From the NCBI GenBank assembly GCA_001179505.1, contig CDMY01000870.1, positions 1-14,260 on the forward strand: a stretch of DNA of 14,260 bases, written 5' to 3'. Under the pieces are notes generated by a model. The model saw nothing but the letters and a program-made list of their open reading frames with translations. It ran no database searches and was not told the origin of the DNA. The stretch comes from Vitrella brassicaformis CCMP3155. Taxonomy: Eukaryota > Protista > Chromerida. Both the position numbers and the translations under genes were made by a program. The stretch's first letter is position 1. Each line of letters begins with the position of its first letter. This document shows positions 10,461 through 14,260 of the stretch, one piece after another.

Positions 10461-10548
10461 GCATGCAAGCACGGCACAGAGACAGTGCAAGCACAGAGTA
10501 CGGTAAGTCCCTTTGCAAAACAAGCACCAGTGGCAACCCATGCTCACC

Positions 10549-10915
10549 TTGTTGTCGATTGATTTAGTGCGACACCGTGCACGAATGTCCACCATCGTCC
10601 ACACAAGCTATCGATACATATCTGTGCACAAAGCGTTCGAGTCACTCATCCGAGAAGATCCCCGCCCCATCCATAACCCGAACACTACGCCATGACTGCC
10701 TCCCGCCACGCAGACAAAGACTAGCAGCCCGCACCAACGCGACAGACAGACGAGGACGCAACCAACACTGTACACGTGCCTGCCCTCTGTCTGACCACCC
10801 CTGCCTTGTCACCAGCTGCTCGGTCAGGCGAGTGAGGAAGTGCTCAGCCTCTCTCCCCCACACCGTGACGACCGGGGGGTGAAGGTGACTGACAGATTCT
10901 CGCATTGTTGTCGAT
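10549..10915. repeat. Target-site duplication TTGTTGTCGAT at 10549-10559 and 10905-10915
   Basis: Exact 11-bp direct repeat read directly from the sequence, bracketing the retrotransposon fragment. Confidence 0.85.
10560..10904 (-). mobile_element. 5'-truncated CRE-like (restriction-like endonuclease class) non-LTR retrotransposon fragment
   Basis: Encodes CENLSVTFTP[frameshift]VVTVWGREAEHFLTRLTEQLVTRQGWSDRGQARVQCWLRPRLSVALVRAASLCLRGGR…DE*, matching the C-terminal pattern of CRE-clade ORFs (FTP.V….G.EA..F..RL……W.R.R.S….RA…C.RG.R). About 80 nt of 3' UTR follows. Flanked by an exact 11-bp direct repeat. Confidence 0.8.
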
Positions 10916-11049
10916 CGGCAGACACAGCAGCGGCTACGCATGCGCAGGGAGGTACATACACACTTTGACTGCATGCAAATCACCCGGTGTACCGTTGATG
11001 GGGGTGGTTAAGAAGCCTGTCAGATGGAGAGCCTGAAGGCGTCCAAATC

Positions 11050-13410
11050 GTGAGATGCCTTTTTTGGAAAAGGGTCGCTTCGCCTTTCTTCTCTCATCCT
11101 TCTGCCCTCTTCACTCTGAAGTCAGCGCCTCGCCTCTGTACTGTGTCATGTCACCTACGTGTCAGACAGACCTTGTGTGTGAGTGTGGGCGACAATGCTT
11201 TCGACGTGGCGCGCTCGGGCTTGTTCTGTTTGATAAATGGTGTCTTTGACAATGAATTCGTTACCACTGATTTGTTCTGACGCGCGACAAGTTTCACACA
11301 CTCTTCCTGCCGCTTCGTCATTTGACGGCTGCATCGCATTGGCCATGAGGAGACAGAGGTCTGCAGCTATAGATGACACGAAAAGTGAGATACATCATTC
11401 AACGCGCCGCACCATCTCACAACTGACTTTGCATTCATTGCAAGCTGGATCGAATCAATAATCGTTGATGACTTCTCGCTCTAAACCCCCGAAGGCTCAT
11501 CGGGGGCTGCCTGGATTATCAATCCCGTACCCCGATAAAGACATTCCATTCGCTGGCGATCTCCTTGGGAGGGCCACAATCAAGCTGGCAGGACCGTACA
11601 AAGTCGCAAGGCATGCAAGCTGAGAGACACACTCATTGGGAGCATACATGGTTCCCTTTCTCGTGTCAGAAAGGTGCTGCCTCTCAAGAGACCCAGCGAT
11701 TCGTCCAGTCGGTGGCCCATTTTAACCAAGAAGAAGCACTGTGACTTATGTAGCTGTCGTGTATCTGACAAAGTCCCTCGACAATCGGTCTGACCTGGTC
11801 CTCCTCGCTCAGAAGGCTTCCGCGACCAGAATGCTCGCAAGTCAATTGACTTCCAGCTAGAAAACTACAATGTCAATGTCACTGTGTATAGGGTGAGTGT
11901 GAAAGCCATTCGATCGTCGCATTAAGCGTCCATTTGTCGCAGCTTTACGTGCTTGAAAGCATTAGGAGATGACCGGAGTGATCAACTTACCCCTCGATGG
12001 CCACACACGAGTTTCGCCTGCTGGTAGGTAACCGGAATGTGATAGTCGCACCATCATTCTTGGCCATCGAGTGCAGTTGGGGCGCTAGCAGAACCGGTGT
12101 GTCTCGCATTGCGGTTGACGTCACTTGCCAAGAAGAGAATCTAGAGTTCTACATGCTACAAAGTAAGGCCATTTCCTACGTCTCTCCGTCCTCAAGACTG
12201 AAAGCTGAGGCATTTTTCACAGGACGGAAGAGAAGACAGGTTGCGTGATAGACGGACAGCACCGATGGGTCTGATGTTGTGTGTATTGACTTGCAGCAGT
12301 TTGAGGCTCAAATGGCCATGCTGAGACCGAAACCGGCCCGGTACCGAAGAAGCCGGCCATCTTGCCTTAAGAGCCTGGCTCAAGACCCAGCAGAACTGTA
12401 GGGACAAAACAACAAAGAACAGCAGGTATTGGCTATCTTTGCTCATCTCCTTGGTTGATCTGGCTGAGATGCCCGGTCCACAAAGCTGATGCGTGAGACG
12501 AATCAATTGATGAGTTCTATGTCTACGTCAGAGAGAGCAGAAGGGCATGGGCAGCAGAGGTTCAGCTCTATGACACACAGAACGGACAACTCGGAGGAGA
12601 GGTGAAGAATACGATACACGACTGTATGCATGTTTCTCTCTCTCTCTGCAGGTAGTGCTTTAGGTGGACATATTGTGCTCTCTCGAAATAGTCAACTGGT
12701 CTTTGGAGATGAACAGACAAGCTCTAAGCGAATCCCTCACGGTTGGATGCTTGGCTCTGCAAGTCAGTCTCTCTCTCTCTCTCACTAAATGTGTCTCTTT
12801 GCTCGCTGCCCATGCGTCGGCGTGTTTGGTAGCACCTGTGTGCTAAAGCGCTGGGCACACCAAGGAAGGACCATGCTGTCGTGGTGATTAAGTAAGACAT
12901 AAGCGATCTGAGGCCAGAAGGCTACCCTTTGTGTGCCTGCTTGTGTGTAGGGAGGTGTGGATTCCCTAAGCATCTATCGTCGCTCGATCTGCCTCTCGAT
13001 AGACGTCAAGAGAGATGTCCACAAATTCAATTGGCCTGTGCTCCTAAAACGCTCGGCGGACCGCGATTGTGAGTGTAAGTAACTCTTCAAAAGGCTCTCT
13101 ATATCCGATCTGGTATAAGCAGACGCAAAGAAGCACGCAAACTTGACGTCACGTGTGTTCTTCGTGTATGTGTGTCATGTGCCAGGGATAAAGAAATCAC
13201 GGTGTTGGTTCAAGGCTCCAGCCAGCATCTTTCTCAAGGCGGAGGGACCGACCGGTGATGCCCGACAGCAAGCTGAAGAATCTAGCCGAAGGTGACTGCT
13301 ATCTGACTCTGTGTTTTTGCATTAATACAGAACCTATCCCTATGCGCAGCGTGTTTCATATGTTCGACAGAGTGTTCATGTGCACTCTGAAGTGTTTCCT
13401 CCCTCCCAGA
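11050..13410 (+). pseudogene. Multi-exon decayed gene of unrecognised family
   Basis: One frame runs 11050-11892 with 7 stops in about 280 codons. It continues in phase through GT-AG introns at 11893-11942, (12163-12222), 12240-12296, 12602-12651, 12763-12832, 12892-12950, 13075-13185 and 13292-13330. Protein-like exons include ATHEFRLLVGNRNVIVAPSFLAIECSWG, DESIDEFYVYVRESRRAWAAEVQLYDTQ, VDILCSLEIVNWSLEMNRQALSESL and IDVKRDVHKFNWPVLLKRSADRDCE|WIKKSRCWFKAPASIFLK. At least two frameshifts are needed. The true start is unknown. Confidence 0.6.
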
Positions 13411-13520
13411 CACACAGATATTCAGCATATCCACACACTCCAAGTCCACGCGTGCATGCGCAGGTTTGCGCATAGAGATGTTTATCATATAGCCACACAG
13501 TCCAAGTCCACGCGTGCATG
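13411..13520 (-). repeat. Inverted, diverged copies (about 1.6 units) of the downstream minisatellite
   Basis: The reverse complement reads CATGCACGCGTGGACTTGGACTGTGTGGCTATATGATAAACATCTCTATGCGCAAACCTGCGCATGCACGCGTGGACTTGGAGTGTGTGGATATGCTGAATATCTGTGTG. It aligns to the forward unit, best to the variant at about 14040-14100. Confidence 0.85.
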
Positions 13521-13530
13521 AAATGATGAA

Positions 13531-14260
13531 TTCTCTGTGCGCACACCTGCGCATGCTCGTGTCGACTTGGAGTGTGTGTGTATATGAATGACTGTGTGCG
13601 CACGCCGCTCGTGTTCTGTGTGCGCACACCTGCGCATGCTCGTGTCGACTTGGAGTGTGTATATATGATGAACGAATGTCTCCCCGTGTGCGCACATCTG
13701 CGCATGCTCGTGTCGACTCGGAGTGTGTGTGTATATGAATGACCGTGTGCGCACACCTGCGCATGCTCGTGTCCTGTGTGCGCACACCTGCGCATGCTCG
13801 TGTCGACTTGGAGTGTGTATATATGATGAACGAATGTCTCCCTGTGTGCGCACATCTGCGCATGCTCGTGTCGACTCGGAGTGTGTGTGTATATGAATGA
13901 CTGTGTGCGCACACCTGCGCATGCTCGTGTCCTGTGTGTGCACACTTGCGCATGCTCGTGTCGACTTGGAGCGTATATATGATGAATGTCTCCGCGCATG
14001 CTCGTGTCGACTCGGAGTGTGTGTGTATATGAATGTCTGTGTGTGCACGCCTGCGCATGCACATTTGGACTTGGACTGTGTGTATATGATGAATGTCTCT
14101 GTGTGCGCACATCTGCGCATGCTCGTGTCGACTCGGAGAGGTGTGCGCATGCTCGTGTCGACTCGGAGTGTGTATATATGATGAATGTCTCCCTGTGTGC
14201 GCACACCTGCGCATGCTCGTGTCGACTCGGAGTGTGTGTGTATATGAATGACTGTGTGCG
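13531..14260 (+). repeat. Minisatellite array (31/59/68-bp units on a shared 31-bp core) with a 158-bp higher-order repeat; runs off the window end
   Basis: The core CTGTGTGCGCACACCTGCGCATGCTCGTGTC repeats about 14 times, followed by tail A (GACTCGGAGTGTGTGTGTATATGAATGA), tail B (GACTTGGAGTGTGTATATATGATGAACGAATGTCTCC) or no tail. Tail B starts at 13647, 13805 and 13963, i.e. 158 bp apart. Confidence 0.95.

Noticed and set aside
11151-11379. Minus-strand ORFs of 62 and 74 aa (…VCETCRASEQ…)
   Set aside because: They overlap the better-supported plus-strand pseudogene frame and are probably antisense shadows.
11486-11506. Hairpin CCCCCGA-AGGCTCA-TCGGGGG
   Set aside because: A 7-bp stem is expected by chance several times in 14 kb, and it lies inside the pseudogene frame.
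7860-13410. RIP-like C-to-T hypermutation inferred from premature stops
   Set aside because: Every stop codon reverts to a sense codon by T to C at position 1, so this is not evidence. The TGA excess is modest and needs a consensus alignment.
13282-14214. Three long minus-strand ORFs (310, 276, 239 aa) over the satellite
   Set aside because: The repeat unit lacks TTA/CTA/TCA on the plus strand, so all three minus frames are open. The translations are just the repeat read in rotating frames.
13531-14260. CRISPR-like appearance (palindromic repeat with intervening sequence)
   Set aside because: The intervening tails are themselves repeated (two types), there are no unique spacers or cas genes, and the context is eukaryotic.

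Overview
Eukaryotic genomic DNA (short GT-AG introns rich in TA/TG/CA microsatellites; organism not identifiable from sequence alone). The left half (97-7432, +) is one intact intron-dense gene. I could splice it by hand into an uninterrupted frame of 4890 nt (about 1629 aa, 24 exons). Its domain order is: signal peptide; animal-type heme peroxidase-like domain lacking the usual heme/catalytic residues; heme-binding DOMON; 5-TM cytochrome b561; cytochrome b5; FAD/NAD(P)H FNR-type reductase. This reads as a self-contained trans-membrane electron-transfer chain with a DUOX-like logic but different parts. The right half (about 7860-13410) is decayed sequence: minus-strand ORF remnants (one with a CXC-like Cys cluster), a multi-exon plus-strand pseudogene of unrecognised family, and a 345-bp 5'-truncated CRE-like non-LTR retrotransposon with an exact 11-bp target-site duplication. 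The window ends in a palindrome-rich minisatellite with a 158-bp higher-order repeat, preceded by an inverted, diverged copy of the same repeat.
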